A stretch of DNA of 64,000 bases from a virus (lineage: Duplodnaviria; Heunggongvirae; Uroviricota; Caudoviricetes): IMG/VR virus record IMGVR_UViG_3300035210_000151; one strand, written 5' to 3'. The notes beneath the pieces are model-generated. The model ran no database searches, was not told the origin of the DNA, and saw nothing but the letters and a program-made list of their open reading frames with translations. Shown here in pieces: positions 9,016-19,766 of this stretch; within the stretch, counting starts at the first letter, position 1; every line of letters starts with the position of its first letter. The position numbers and the translations under genes are program-made.

Positions 9016-9873
9016 ATGATTTCATTATTGTCAACTAACTCCAACATTCCTAAGTATACACTTAGTTATGTTGACGACTTCTACATGTATTGTGACATGG
9101 AAGATCGTTCGATTATGATTCAGCATGTTGATGAAACCAATATTCAATTTGACACTAAGTTCAAAGCGACTGGTAATTGTTTTTCTTATCATAAAGTGCT
9201 TCATTACAGTGACTATAAATTGTTTAAGGCTAATGATTATAAATTAGATACACTGAAAAGTCTTATTGAGCTTGAACTATCGAGATGTATTTTCAATTGT
9301 CTTGATGAACATCAAATTAAACTTGTAAAACAGCGTTTTGGAGAATATGGTAGCTTGGATTTCTCTAAAATCACAAACTCTGTTGCCGTTGAAGATAATG
9401 TTCATTTATTTATTATGAAAACCATGCGTTTCCAGAATAAAGATGATACTGTTCCTAGTGATCATAAAGAAACCTTTCTGTTTGATTCAGAAAAAAAACA
9501 AGTGTATGTTCAAAATGAAAAGAACAAACATCCGTTGCTTGAAGTATTCACTGCGTCTAGATTTTCGGACACTAATATAGATATTTATGAATCTATGACT
9601 ACGGATTCATTTAAAGTGATGATTGACAATGGGCTTATGGGCACAGTAGTTTGTTATGATAAGGATAAATTGACTATTTATGACAACACGTTTGGCGACA
9701 TCAAGCATTTTAATAACCCTACTGAAATTCATGCGTTCTTAACTGATTTGATGTTAGAACTTGTAACCTATGATCCATCTAAGTTGATGAAGAATTATGT
9801 GAAAGAATATGATCTTGACTTAGAAAGTATGTCAGTGGATCAGTTAAAAGCTGTTATTATGGCAGATTATTAA
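9016..9873 (+). CDS. orphan protein, paralog array A, C-terminal tag
   Basis: Similar to next two genes (YESM..DSFK); ends LKAVIMADY. Confidence 0.8.
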   Translation: MISLLSTNSNIPKYTLSYVDDFYMYCDMEDRSIMIQHVDETNIQFDTKFKATGNCFSYHKVLHYSDYKLFKANDYKLDTLKSLIELELSRCIFNCLDEHQIKLVKQRFGEYGSLDFSKITNSVAVEDNVHLFIMKTMRFQNKDDTVPSDHKETFLFDSEKKQVYVQNEKNKHPLLEVFTASRFSDTNIDIYESMTTDSFKVMIDNGLMGTVVCYDKDKLTIYDNTFGDIKHFNNPTEIHAFLTDLMLELVTYDPSKLMKNYVKEYDLDLESMSVDQLKAVIMADY

Positions 9874-9908
9874 AATAGCCTATTATATTATTACAATTTG
9901 GAGCAACA

Positions 9909-10760
9909 ATGGACAGCCAAAAATTAATAAACCTTGATTTAGAATTCAGATTTGATGAATGTATTGAAGGAACTTTGATATGTTCGCATCTTCCTGATAG
10001 AGTTATCACCATTGTCATGTCAGAGCCTAAGACATTCACAACCACACTTGACAAATTTGGTAATTCAATTTCTGGTAAAGGTTATACTTGCACGACTGTC
10101 TTTAAAGATTCAAAATTCTCTTTTTCTTATCAAATCAATCGAAATGGCGATGTCAGACCCGATGAAGTGATTGGCGACAGTATTTCAAAATGTTTATTAA
10201 ACTACCTGCCAGAAGATTACTGCGAAAAGATATTGTTATCATTTGATCGCAATCAACGTCTTGTTTTCAGTCGAACCACTGAGTCTGGATATCCCCGTTT
10301 TACCATTGAAGGTATTCATAATAATAAATCCTTGGGGTATGGACTTCAAAAAAACTTTATTTACGATGATATTTTAAATACATTTTATCAAGATGTTAAT
10401 CGTCCTTCTGGTTCATTCTATGGATGTTTTGAAGGTATTGATTTTTCTAGCTCTTTTTTCTATATGTATGAAGCAATGAATAATGATTCTTTCAAATTTA
10501 AAATTTTTCATAAATACGAAAAAAAGTATATCAATTTAACTTATTCTAATCATGTATTGACTGTAAACAATTTAATTGACAACACCACTGATTTAGTTTT
10601 CGGTGATAACGACGTTACCTGTAAGATTGAAGACTTAATGAGCAGGATTATTATTGAAACCCCTAATGATTTGCTTGCAAAATATGCTAATGATTTTGGT
10701 TTAGATTTGGATAAATTAACTAAAAATGACATAAAAACCATTTGTATGGCTTATTATTAA
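9909..10760 (+). CDS. orphan protein, paralog array A, C-terminal tag
   Basis: ICSHLPDR, FSFSY, YEAMNNDSFKF; ends IKTICMAYY. Confidence 0.8.
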   Translation: MDSQKLINLDLEFRFDECIEGTLICSHLPDRVITIVMSEPKTFTTTLDKFGNSISGKGYTCTTVFKDSKFSFSYQINRNGDVRPDEVIGDSISKCLLNYLPEDYCEKILLSFDRNQRLVFSRTTESGYPRFTIEGIHNNKSLGYGLQKNFIYDDILNTFYQDVNRPSGSFYGCFEGIDFSSSFFYMYEAMNNDSFKFKIFHKYEKKYINLTYSNHVLTVNNLIDNTTDLVFGDNDVTCKIEDLMSRIIIETPNDLLAKYANDFGLDLDKLTKNDIKTICMAYY

Positions 10761-10836
10761 TTTGAATTTTTTAATGTTGATTGCGTTATACTTCATTTCT
10801 TGATATACTTATGCGAATTAAGGTATGGAGTTGTTC

Positions 10837-11739
10837 ATGACCAATCAGAATAAATTAATCAATGCTGGATTTCAATTTATTGTCGAAGATATCGGCAATC
10901 ATCAATATATTTGCTCGCAACTCCCAGATCGCATCATTAACATTACTGTCACTAAACCCAAGAGACTTTTGTTCACAACCGATAAGTTGGGCAAAAAGAT
11001 ACCTATGTTTAATAGTGAATGTTATACCTACACGACAACCTTTAATGAGTCTGGATTTTCTTTTTCTTACTCCATCAATAAAAGTTCTGTTATGGGAAAT
11101 ATTTTGGGCATGCCGCCACTCTCACCTATTGAAATCATTCAAAATAACATGGTTAATTGTTATTTGAATTTTGTTAATGAAGATCATTGCAAAAAAGCAT
11201 TAAGTTTTTTTAATAATAACGATTCTATTGAATTTGGAAGAAAGTATACGGATGGGCTTATTCACTTTACACTGGATACAAGAGAACTTGAAAATATTGG
11301 GAACATAAAAAAGACTATTTCTATTCACAAATCCTATATTTATGATGAAACAATAGATACTATTTATCAAAACATTGATAAAGCCCAAAACAAATTTTCT
11401 GAATTATTTCAAAGTTTGACCTTTTCTAATTCTTGGTTTTTTATTTATGAATCTATTCACAGTGATGCTTTCAAATTTAATGTATTTCATCGAAAACAAA
11501 AACAATACATCAGAGTACTTTATTCATCAGAACAATTGACGATTGCCTACTTGAATGACAAGACAATTGAGCGTATTATAGGGGATGATAAGATTCATGA
11601 CAGGCTTGAAATACTTATCAAGGACATAATTATTGATACACCTACAGAGAAACTAGCACGTTATGCTACCGAATTTGATTTGGATTTGAGTAAGCTAACT
11701 ATTGATGAAATAAAAGTTCTTAACATGGTAGATTACTAA
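10837..11739 (+). CDS. orphan protein, paralog array A, C-terminal tag
   Basis: ICSQLPDR, FSFSY, YESIHSDAFKF; ends IKVLNMVDY; start after GGAG. Confidence 0.8.
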   Translation: MTNQNKLINAGFQFIVEDIGNHQYICSQLPDRIINITVTKPKRLLFTTDKLGKKIPMFNSECYTYTTTFNESGFSFSYSINKSSVMGNILGMPPLSPIEIIQNNMVNCYLNFVNEDHCKKALSFFNNNDSIEFGRKYTDGLIHFTLDTRELENIGNIKKTISIHKSYIYDETIDTIYQNIDKAQNKFSELFQSLTFSNSWFFIYESIHSDAFKFNVFHRKQKQYIRVLYSSEQLTIAYLNDKTIERIIGDDKIHDRLEILIKDIIIDTPTEKLARYATEFDLDLSKLTIDEIKVLNMVDY

Positions 11740-12705
11740 ATGGCCTATCAATATCTTTCACAAAAAATCAGTCCAATGAAGGTTCGTCAATTTAATCCAG
11801 TGACTTTCTGGAAATCAGTTTATTCTGATCGTAACATACAGATTTCATTTAATCATAAGGTATTACCTTTGTTTAAGGTAGATATTGATAAAGATTATTA
11901 TTTTATTTTTGCGGGGCTTAAAACAGTCAATAATATCATGAACGTTCATGTGTGTGTTGGACATTCTATTCTAACCAGTTTTAAAATTGAATTTGATTAC
12001 CGCACAATGAGTGATACACGTAAACTTATTGCGGCAGGTGACTATAATTTTGCTACTTTATTTTTAGCACTTTATTGCTATCCATTAATTAAAGTTAAGC
12101 CGAACTTAAAACAAATGATGTCGATTACATCAAGATTTCATTATGCTGTTACTTTTAAATTTAATTCTTCATATGTTGATGGTAATTTTCGTTACCTTAT
12201 GGTTACGGTTAACTTTCTTGAAGAAGATGAAGGTAACTCAATCAGCTCATCTGTGTCTTCAAAGTATTATACTATTTATTTTATGGAGGAATCTGATATT
12301 GCATTTGAAAAATATGTTGAAGCTACTTCTGAATTAGGTATGAGATTGTCTAAATTTAAAAAATTCACGCAGCATCATAGTATTAGTGTGTTGACTTCAC
12401 TCAATCAAGACATTATCTACTTTGTTTATAATGTTCATAATCTTCGTGGCATAATTCAAGCGGATTTAAACAAAAATGAAGTTTTACATACACGCGAAAT
12501 AAAAGAAAACTCAGATATCTCAATTATTACTAATCCAACAGACATTAATGAAGCATTCTTTGGTGTTTTTAATCGCTATTTTGCTGACAGTCTGATAAAC
12601 TATCCATCTGAATACTTTATAGCCTTTGCTGAGCAATATGGGCTTGATATTGAGAATGTTTCTGCTTACGATTGTTTAACATTAGTCGATATGACTACTG
12701 TCTAG
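11740..12705 (+). CDS. orphan protein, C-terminal tag family
   Basis: Ends YPSEYFIAFAEQYGLD...LTLVDMTTV. Confidence 0.8.
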   Translation: MAYQYLSQKISPMKVRQFNPVTFWKSVYSDRNIQISFNHKVLPLFKVDIDKDYYFIFAGLKTVNNIMNVHVCVGHSILTSFKIEFDYRTMSDTRKLIAAGDYNFATLFLALYCYPLIKVKPNLKQMMSITSRFHYAVTFKFNSSYVDGNFRYLMVTVNFLEEDEGNSISSSVSSKYYTIYFMEESDIAFEKYVEATSELGMRLSKFKKFTQHHSISVLTSLNQDIIYFVYNVHNLRGIIQADLNKNEVLHTREIKENSDISIITNPTDINEAFFGVFNRYFADSLINYPSEYFIAFAEQYGLDIENVSAYDCLTLVDMTTV

Positions 12706-12714
12706 GAGATTTTT

Positions 12715-13584
12715 ATGAAAACTCAACCAAAATTAAAATATGCAGGTGGTTATAATGGTGATCGCTATTCAGTAGCTGGTTATGATATTGGCGATGACAA
12801 CTATTGTATTAACAGTGATAATTCAATTACCGCTAAAGTTACGCCATGTGTTGATAAGGTCTATAAAAGTTATCTGAAGAATTTCAATGTTTCAATTTTT
12901 AGAAATGATGAATTTGTTTTTAGTTATGATTACAGTTTGGCTTCAACCAGTAAGAACAACCATTCTTTTTCTTTGGTAGACAATCTGGCTATTAATGTTT
13001 TGTTCCAGCTTGACGAAGTGGAATTGGATAAATTGCTCCCTATGATAAAAGACTCCAAAGATCATTCTTTTAGCCTTGACCGAAAAATAAATACATATTA
13101 CATCCATTGTCAGAGTGAACATCCAGAGATTGATGAATTTATCATTCATAAATTTAATGATAAGTTTTATTTTGATGAATGTTCATTGTATCGTAAAAAC
13201 ATGAGTGTTCATACTATTGTTCGAGATTATTCACATTTCAGTTATAGTTCATTGTCTCATTCTTTGTCTGATGATGATACGCTTTTGAATCTTTCAGGTC
13301 ATTATTCAACATGGTGTATGGCTTTTGATTCAAAAATGAATGTCATCAATTATATTATCGAGAAAAAACACCCTGTTACACTGGAAGAAATAAAAGAAGA
13401 CAATACGGTTACAGCAAAAGACATTGTTGAATTTTATGACATGACATTTGATATGCTTTTTTCACACATATTGTCTTCTGATTATATTGTCCATAATATG
13501 AGTAGGATTATTGAGGATTATGACATTGATCCCAAACAGCACTGGCGAGATTTTATACGTCTTTTTGATATGGCTACTATTTAA
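12715..13584 (+). CDS. orphan protein, C-terminal tag family
   Basis: RBS AGGAG; ends IRLFDMATI. Confidence 0.8.
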   Translation: MKTQPKLKYAGGYNGDRYSVAGYDIGDDNYCINSDNSITAKVTPCVDKVYKSYLKNFNVSIFRNDEFVFSYDYSLASTSKNNHSFSLVDNLAINVLFQLDEVELDKLLPMIKDSKDHSFSLDRKINTYYIHCQSEHPEIDEFIIHKFNDKFYFDECSLYRKNMSVHTIVRDYSHFSYSSLSHSLSDDDTLLNLSGHYSTWCMAFDSKMNVINYIIEKKHPVTLEEIKEDNTVTAKDIVEFYDMTFDMLFSHILSSDYIVHNMSRIIEDYDIDPKQHWRDFIRLFDMATI

Positions 13585-13595
13585 CCAAAAAAACA

Positions 13596-13624
13596 TTGAC
13601 GTATTGTCGGCACTTATGTATAAT
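13596..13624 (+). promoter_or_regulatory. sigma70-like promoter
   Basis: TTGACG-17 nt-TATAAT. Confidence 0.75.
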
Positions 13625-13656
13625 CCATCTATCTTAACTCATAGGAGCAACAACCC

Positions 13657-14916
13657 ATGTCGAACACCATCCATCTCACCATCTCACGCGACTATGTTGT
13701 TAAATGGGGTGTATGGGAATCTGCCCGTGAACTTATCCAGAATGCTTTGGACACTAAAAAGTATAAAATTACTTATACCGACAGTGAAGTAACTATTACT
13801 ACTCACGCAGGTGCTTTGGATCGTCGTAATCTGTTGTTGGGTGTTTCTAGTAAACGTGATGATGATTCTTCTATCGGCACTTATGGTGAAGGCTTTAAAC
13901 TTGCTATGTTGGTTATGCTTCGTGAAGGCAAGTCGATTACTATCAAGAATGGTAAAGATCTTTGGACGCCTCATTTCAGTCATCACCCTGACCTTCATCA
14001 CGAATGCTTGGCTCTGTCTATTTTTGAAGGGGCTGTTGAAGGTGATGCGGACACTGTAACCTTTACAGTAGGCAATCTTTCAAAAGCTGAAATCGCTGAA
14101 ATCCAGTCCAAAACCTTGCACAACTTTGATACTGATTTGATTGAAGCTCAAAGTAATGGATCTTTTTGCTGGAGCACTCCACGCAATGAACCCTCTAAAC
14201 TTTATGTAGGCAGTCTTTATGTTTGTGATTTGGGCAATAAGTATATGCTCAGTTACAACTTTGCTCCTAACATTCTTCACCTTGACCGTGACCGTCAATC
14301 TGTCAGCGACTTCCATCTTGCTTTGGAAGCAACTCGTATGATGGCAATGGATGAAAAATATGAATTGTTGGCCGAATTGGCTGAAAATGGTGCAGAAGAC
14401 GTTTCTGACTACTTCACCGTTGAAACCACGTATGGTAGCCGTAGTTCTCGTTCAGAAGAACTAAGTCCAGACATTCGTGATGTTGTGAGTGAAAACTTTG
14501 TTAAAAATAATGGCTTGAATGCTTATCCTATCAATGCGAACATGAATGAAGCACAAAAACGTGTTCAAACTGTAAAGGCTCTTGATGCAGGTTTGGTTCC
14601 AGTGGTTGTTAAACAAGGTTACTATAACTTGCTTAAAAAAGACATCACTGAAAAGAATGTGTCCGATTTTAAATCGTTTAACTTAACTCAGGAAATCTTG
14701 AAGTTCTATGATGAAAACAAAAGTCAGCTTCGTGGCAAACCACGCCGTGCTCTTGAAAAAATCATTGAAACTATTGAGCTATATGAAGGTAAGCGTGAAT
14801 TGCCTGTTGAGATTAAAGCAAAAGTCGTGGTAGATAAACCAGTAGCTCCTATTCTGGTTTCCTCTCCACCAATGCCAGCGATTGAAATTGATCCTTTTGA
14901 CGATATCCCATTCTAA
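13657..14916 (+). CDS. GHKL (HATPase_c-like) ATPase domain protein
   Basis: RELIQNALD N-box, GVSSKR, IGTYGEGFKLA G-box; acidic tail DPFDDIPF. Confidence 0.8.
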   Translation: MSNTIHLTISRDYVVKWGVWESARELIQNALDTKKYKITYTDSEVTITTHAGALDRRNLLLGVSSKRDDDSSIGTYGEGFKLAMLVMLREGKSITIKNGKDLWTPHFSHHPDLHHECLALSIFEGAVEGDADTVTFTVGNLSKAEIAEIQSKTLHNFDTDLIEAQSNGSFCWSTPRNEPSKLYVGSLYVCDLGNKYMLSYNFAPNILHLDRDRQSVSDFHLALEATRMMAMDEKYELLAELAENGAEDVSDYFTVETTYGSRSSRSEELSPDIRDVVSENFVKNNGLNAYPINANMNEAQKRVQTVKALDAGLVPVVVKQGYYNLLKKDITEKNVSDFKSFNLTQEILKFYDENKSQLRGKPRRALEKIIETIELYEGKRELPVEIKAKVVVDKPVAPILVSSPPMPAIEIDPFDDIPF

Positions 14917-14933
14917 TAACGTTTCATGAACAA

Positions 14934-14969
14934 AAGAACGTCATATTTCTCGAAATATGGCGTTTTTTC
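14934..14969 (+). terminator. intrinsic terminator
   Basis: AAGAACGTCATATTTC-tc-GAAATATGGCGTTTTT. Confidence 0.7.
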
Positions 14970-15080
14970 TTGTCTTATTTTCGCAAAAATGATACAATGT
15001 CGAATGTTTTAGATATAATATACATTTGAGATTTTAAAATATCATTAATGTAACCTATTCACTTTTTTAGGAAATTAATT

Positions 15081-15692
15081 ATGCATCCCACTCAACATGC
15101 AGACTACGCCTGTTTTTTCATTAATGAAAATAGTCAATATGTACTTAATATTGTTAAAAAAGTTATTGGCATTAATCAAAAACTATTATATACAATGGCG
15201 TTTGATGAAAAACAGGAAGCTTTTATTATTTCTGATGAAACAGGAAAAGAACATTCCCAATTTACAGTTAAATATCACTCGGACAACAAAGAATTTGAGC
15301 TTGCTTTAAATATTGAGATTGAAGCCTTCAAACGATATAGTTCATCAAGTATTTATTATAGTGGCATTATATTGGATTCAAGACTCAATTATCAACGTAC
15401 ACAACTTTATTTTTGTTTACGAAAATTTGATTATTCATTGGCATTTGTTATTGATAAAGATGGGATATATGTCAGTTATGTATCAGAACATTCTTCATTT
15501 GAATGCTATGAGATTGTATGCAAAAAATTCATGACTGCTGCTTTTGAGCGAGAAACATCTTATTTGCTCGATTTGTTTGTTAGCTATCACTCCTTATTCG
15601 ACAGCTACACTATTGCTGAGTTGTTTTCTGCTCGTAATAATAGTGTCGCCATTGATGACATGAAAAAAGTGGCTGACATGTTAATTATTTGA
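15081..15692 (+). CDS. orphan protein, paralog pair B, C-terminal tag
   Basis: FFINEN, KEF.L, FMT.AF shared with next gene; ends KKVADMLII. Confidence 0.8.
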   Translation: MHPTQHADYACFFINENSQYVLNIVKKVIGINQKLLYTMAFDEKQEAFIISDETGKEHSQFTVKYHSDNKEFELALNIEIEAFKRYSSSSIYYSGIILDSRLNYQRTQLYFCLRKFDYSLAFVIDKDGIYVSYVSEHSSFECYEIVCKKFMTAAFERETSYLLDLFVSYHSLFDSYTIAELFSARNNSVAIDDMKKVADMLII

Positions 15693-15786
15693 CGTTATTA
15701 TAATATCTTTTAAGTTGGAAACACTTTTTTTGTTGTTTATGTGTTTCAAAAGTGATATACTTGCTTAAACTTTTAAGGATTATATT

Positions 15787-16407
15787 ATGCCATTTAATCA
15801 ATCCATTAACACACCAGCTTTTTTTATCAATGAAAATAATCAAGGTGTCCTTAACATTTTAAAAACTGTGTTGGCAATTCCTGCTGAACATAACTATACG
15901 ATGAAGCCTGAAAGTAACACTTCTAATTTTTTTATGATTTATGATGGCTATAACATTGCTTATACATCGTTTTCAGTTGAATATGATGAGTTTACAAAAG
16001 AGTTCAATCTTTCTATGGGGTGTTCTATTTCCCCCTTTGAAAGTTATGATTCTGATAGCTATGAGTATACGTGCGTTGTTATCTTGGACGACGACATTAA
16101 TTATCTGAGAACAGAAGTAGGATTTTACTCGCAAGAAGAAAGTGATAACATGCTTATTTTTATTGAGGAAGAAGGGCAGATTAGTGTCAGTTATTTGTCG
16201 CCACCGGATTTCTTTGATGAATTTATTTTGAGATCTAAAAATTTCATGACTGATGCTTTTAATTATGAGGCATTCTTTTTAACTAATTTGTATATTTCTT
16301 GTCCTTATATTTTCAGGACATACAGCATTGCCGATTTATTTAATGCCCGAACAGATATCATATTGCTCAACGATATGAAACAAATTTCTGATATGGCTAC
16401 TATTTAA
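15787..16407 (+). CDS. orphan protein, paralog pair B, C-terminal tag
   Basis: FFINEN, YSIADLFNAR; ends KQISDMATI. Confidence 0.8.
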   Translation: MPFNQSINTPAFFINENNQGVLNILKTVLAIPAEHNYTMKPESNTSNFFMIYDGYNIAYTSFSVEYDEFTKEFNLSMGCSISPFESYDSDSYEYTCVVILDDDINYLRTEVGFYSQEESDNMLIFIEEEGQISVSYLSPPDFFDEFILRSKNFMTDAFNYEAFFLTNLYISCPYIFRTYSIADLFNARTDIILLNDMKQISDMATI

Positions 16408-16414
16408 GGATTCT

Positions 16415-17464
16415 ATGATGAGTAAACCTAAATATCACCATCCTTTGTTATTCTCTAAATGGTTTCCCTATCTCTGGAAATTTATTTATAAGCCTTATAA
16501 TAACTACTATAATCAAGAAGTCTATGGCAATGAAGACAAAGGCTATTTTTACAAGACAGAGAATGGTATAAGGTTTAAAATTTTTAAATATGGCGATACT
16601 AAGCATGGAGATAGGTATGCTGTTTATATTTATTATCATGATGTGTTTGTGATGAATTATAAAACAGTTAGTTATCGTCATTCGCCTATTGTATCGGAGC
16701 ATCCATTATGTTACACATCTCTAAATGATATGGATTATTTATTAGATTGCATAAAGAAGACTATTCCAGACAATGTTTTTTCAATTTTTAAAGAAAACAT
16801 AAAAGATTTTGAAGAATTGCCGACTTTGACTTTTAGTATATCTACTCAATATGAAGTTGATAATAGACATTTTAAAAATTTTACTATAAATCATTACCAT
16901 GATAAAGATGACGAAAACAGATTTAACACCATTTGTTTAGTTAAAAAATTTAATGAGTATTATTCTGCTACACGGAATGTTTACCTTGGATTTGGTTCTA
17001 ATGGATTTTTCAGTGAGGCAATAGATAGTCAACACTTTAATAAGATTAAAAAAATGGACAACTATACAAAATCTTCTATGTATTATACGTTATATCCGTT
17101 ATCAAAACCTACTGAGCTAGCCAAGATTTCACCTTATAAACAAGAAATTGTTAAAAATAGTATAGGATTTGTTATTGAATCAGGGCATGAGTATTATTAT
17201 TTCATGTTTCATAATAGTTTTATTTCTTGTGTTAACTACCGTGGCGGATGGATGGGAGATCATGAGATTGTTGATAATAAAAATGGTTTGGAAATGACAT
17301 TTGTTACAAAACTAACAGAAGTGATGTTAACACTACAAAAAAGAAAGCCATCTTCTAAATTTTGTGATTATCTTACAGAATTGGGTATTGAAGGTGTAAA
17401 TTTTGATAAAGGTAAAGGTCTTACTGATGAGCAATGGTTGCTGTACGAAATGATGGATATCTAA
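16415..17464 (+). CDS. orphan protein, C-terminal tag family
   Basis: Ends KPSSKFCDYLTELG...WLLYEMMDI. Confidence 0.8.
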   Translation: MMSKPKYHHPLLFSKWFPYLWKFIYKPYNNYYNQEVYGNEDKGYFYKTENGIRFKIFKYGDTKHGDRYAVYIYYHDVFVMNYKTVSYRHSPIVSEHPLCYTSLNDMDYLLDCIKKTIPDNVFSIFKENIKDFEELPTLTFSISTQYEVDNRHFKNFTINHYHDKDDENRFNTICLVKKFNEYYSATRNVYLGFGSNGFFSEAIDSQHFNKIKKMDNYTKSSMYYTLYPLSKPTELAKISPYKQEIVKNSIGFVIESGHEYYYFMFHNSFISCVNYRGGWMGDHEIVDNKNGLEMTFVTKLTEVMLTLQKRKPSSKFCDYLTELGIEGVNFDKGKGLTDEQWLLYEMMDI

Positions 17465-17480
17465 CATTAAGGAGTTCTTT

Positions 17481-18608
17481 ATGCACTCGAATAAAAATAA
17501 AGAAATTGTGTTGGTGTATGAAAATGACAATATCACTCTGAATAAAACAGATGATTTTAATTATTTTGTACGCACTAAAAATGGAACGTATGGTTTCATT
17601 ACGTGTTCTGATAATCGTGACGAATTAATTGTTGTGGTTAAAAAGAATAAGTATGAGATACTTGGTCGATTTGTTCATTATAAGGAAGATCCCATACAAG
17701 ATATTGAGGACTTCATCATAGAGCAAACTATCAACAATATTCTGTATTTAGTCAGCAAGACACATTTGCATTCCATTCATAAAGATTTCTCGCCTTTTAT
17801 GAACGAGATTACTGCAGAAACTTATGATCACATCATTAAGGATAAATCTAATTCTTTAGGCTTTAATGGATCTCCACGTTATAAAGTTATTAATGAAGAT
17901 CATAATTACTATGTAAATAATTGTATTTATTATTATGTCTTATTTACCAAGAAGAAAGTGATTGATAATGTATTTAGATATACCCAGATTTTTAAAAATG
18001 AAGACATGAAAACATTGAAAAAAATTCACTTTTATAAAGCGGGTGACATTACGTTATCTTTTGGATCGTTCAATGAATTTCTTAATAGCAAAAAACACAC
18101 TGCGGTTTCTGTTGGAAAGGGTAATCGCACGATAGAAAACTTTTATGGTGTTGATGGTTGTTTAACCAATAAGGTTAATTCTATTCTTAGTTGGTGTGAT
18201 GTAAGTGATATTAAAGTCCTTAAATATAAGAAATATTACGTTAATATTGCTTTTGAAAATGGAAAGCACAAACTGGTTTATATGGAAAATTTAAACAGGG
18301 ATGAGTATCAACGTAAGAAATACAATTTCTTACAGCCAACCATTAACCAGAATACTTATATTCAAGAAGCTTATTTAACCGTCACCGCTTCGATTGAATC
18401 AAATAAAGTCTATAGAATATCTTCATTTGATATAAATGAAATTAAAAAATTTGATGATGCGTTAGTTTCAAGAGTCTTTATTAAACAGAAAAAATTAGCA
18501 CTTGTTTATCCATCGTATCAATTAAAGAATACGGCTTTAAATTTAGGTTTTAACGTTCAAGAACTTAATTTAGATATTTTAGACACAATAGATATGTACA
18601 CTTATTGA
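17481..18608 (+). CDS. orphan protein, C-terminal tag family
   Basis: RBS AAGGAG; ends YPSYQL...LG...LDTIDMYTY. Confidence 0.8.
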   Translation: MHSNKNKEIVLVYENDNITLNKTDDFNYFVRTKNGTYGFITCSDNRDELIVVVKKNKYEILGRFVHYKEDPIQDIEDFIIEQTINNILYLVSKTHLHSIHKDFSPFMNEITAETYDHIIKDKSNSLGFNGSPRYKVINEDHNYYVNNCIYYYVLFTKKKVIDNVFRYTQIFKNEDMKTLKKIHFYKAGDITLSFGSFNEFLNSKKHTAVSVGKGNRTIENFYGVDGCLTNKVNSILSWCDVSDIKVLKYKKYYVNIAFENGKHKLVYMENLNRDEYQRKKYNFLQPTINQNTYIQEAYLTVTASIESNKVYRISSFDINEIKKFDDALVSRVFIKQKKLALVYPSYQLKNTALNLGFNVQELNLDILDTIDMYTY

Positions 18609-18609
18609 G

Positions 18610-19758
18610 GTGATGATGAGATTAATAAAAACAATAAAAGAAATGCTATTTAAAAAAATTATTTATATTGATGGCAGATCTTCTATACACAGGTTGACAG
18701 AGCACCATTATTTGTATAAAAATGAAGGTCTTTTTGCTAGCATTCGCCTTGGTTCTGATCAAGGTCGTAATGTTTTGCTATTCAATGTTAAAAATAGTGA
18801 TAATAATCATTCTTTGATTAATTTTGCAGTGATTTATGATTCCAACTTGACTGTTGAAAAGTTTATTATCAAACATTGTTTTGAAAATCCTATTTTTCTT
18901 GTAGACGCACGCGATATACCTTCTATACAAGATTGTACAACACACATTAACAAAGAAAAAAATCATAATAGTCTTTCACATCCTATTTTTATCAACCGAG
19001 TTGGGTTAAACAAAAAAAAGTTTGAAGCGTTTATAAAAGATAATTCGGCTAAAAAAAATCTACACACATATTTATTGGCTAGAAATGAATTGTATTCAGA
19101 TACTGGTTTAAATGTTAACAGCAATAGTGTATTTATTGATAATGTCGAATATCAATTGATTGTTTTAAAAAAGAAAAAAATTACTAAACGTGTTAACAAA
19201 ATGACATTGAGTTGTTTTCTGACTGATTCGAACAAAGTGACTGACATTTTAACTGTATATGACATCAATGGTGTAGTGTGTGTGTTGAAAAATATTTTTG
19301 ATATGGTGTCATTAGGCACTGATAAAGAATGGCTACTTTATACTGAACGACAATCACTCAATGATATTATCAGTGAAATGTTTTATTATTTACATTTGTA
19401 TATTGATTTGTGTTCACCACCTGTATTATTTCATAAAAATAGCCCTTGTAAAATTTCACGTAATAAAAATAGTTTTATTCTTTATTATATTGATGGTTAT
19501 CGTTCGGTAGAAGTCAATGTTGATATATCCAGATCAGAACTTAATTTGGAGGTTGGCATCATTAAACCTATTACAAAAATAGACATGAATGTGTTTTTTC
19601 ATGCTGTGTTTAAAAATGTGGCTTTGGAAGTGTTTACAATTTGCCTTAAACACCCCTCTAATAGTTTGTTGAAAAAGCTAGATGAGTTAGGCTTTCATGA
19701 TTGCCAAACGCCTATCAATCATGATATAATCGAGGTCTTGAAAATGCACGATTACTGA
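18610..19758 (+). CDS. orphan protein, C-terminal tag family
   Basis: Ends HPSNSLLKKLDELG...IEVLKMHDY. Confidence 0.8.
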   Translation: MMMRLIKTIKEMLFKKIIYIDGRSSIHRLTEHHYLYKNEGLFASIRLGSDQGRNVLLFNVKNSDNNHSLINFAVIYDSNLTVEKFIIKHCFENPIFLVDARDIPSIQDCTTHINKEKNHNSLSHPIFINRVGLNKKKFEAFIKDNSAKKNLHTYLLARNELYSDTGLNVNSNSVFIDNVEYQLIVLKKKKITKRVNKMTLSCFLTDSNKVTDILTVYDINGVVCVLKNIFDMVSLGTDKEWLLYTERQSLNDIISEMFYYLHLYIDLCSPPVLFHKNSPCKISRNKNSFILYYIDGYRSVEVNVDISRSELNLEVGIIKPITKIDMNVFFHAVFKNVALEVFTICLKHPSNSLLKKLDELGFHDCQTPINHDIIEVLKMHDY

Positions 19759-19766
19759 GGTTCTAC

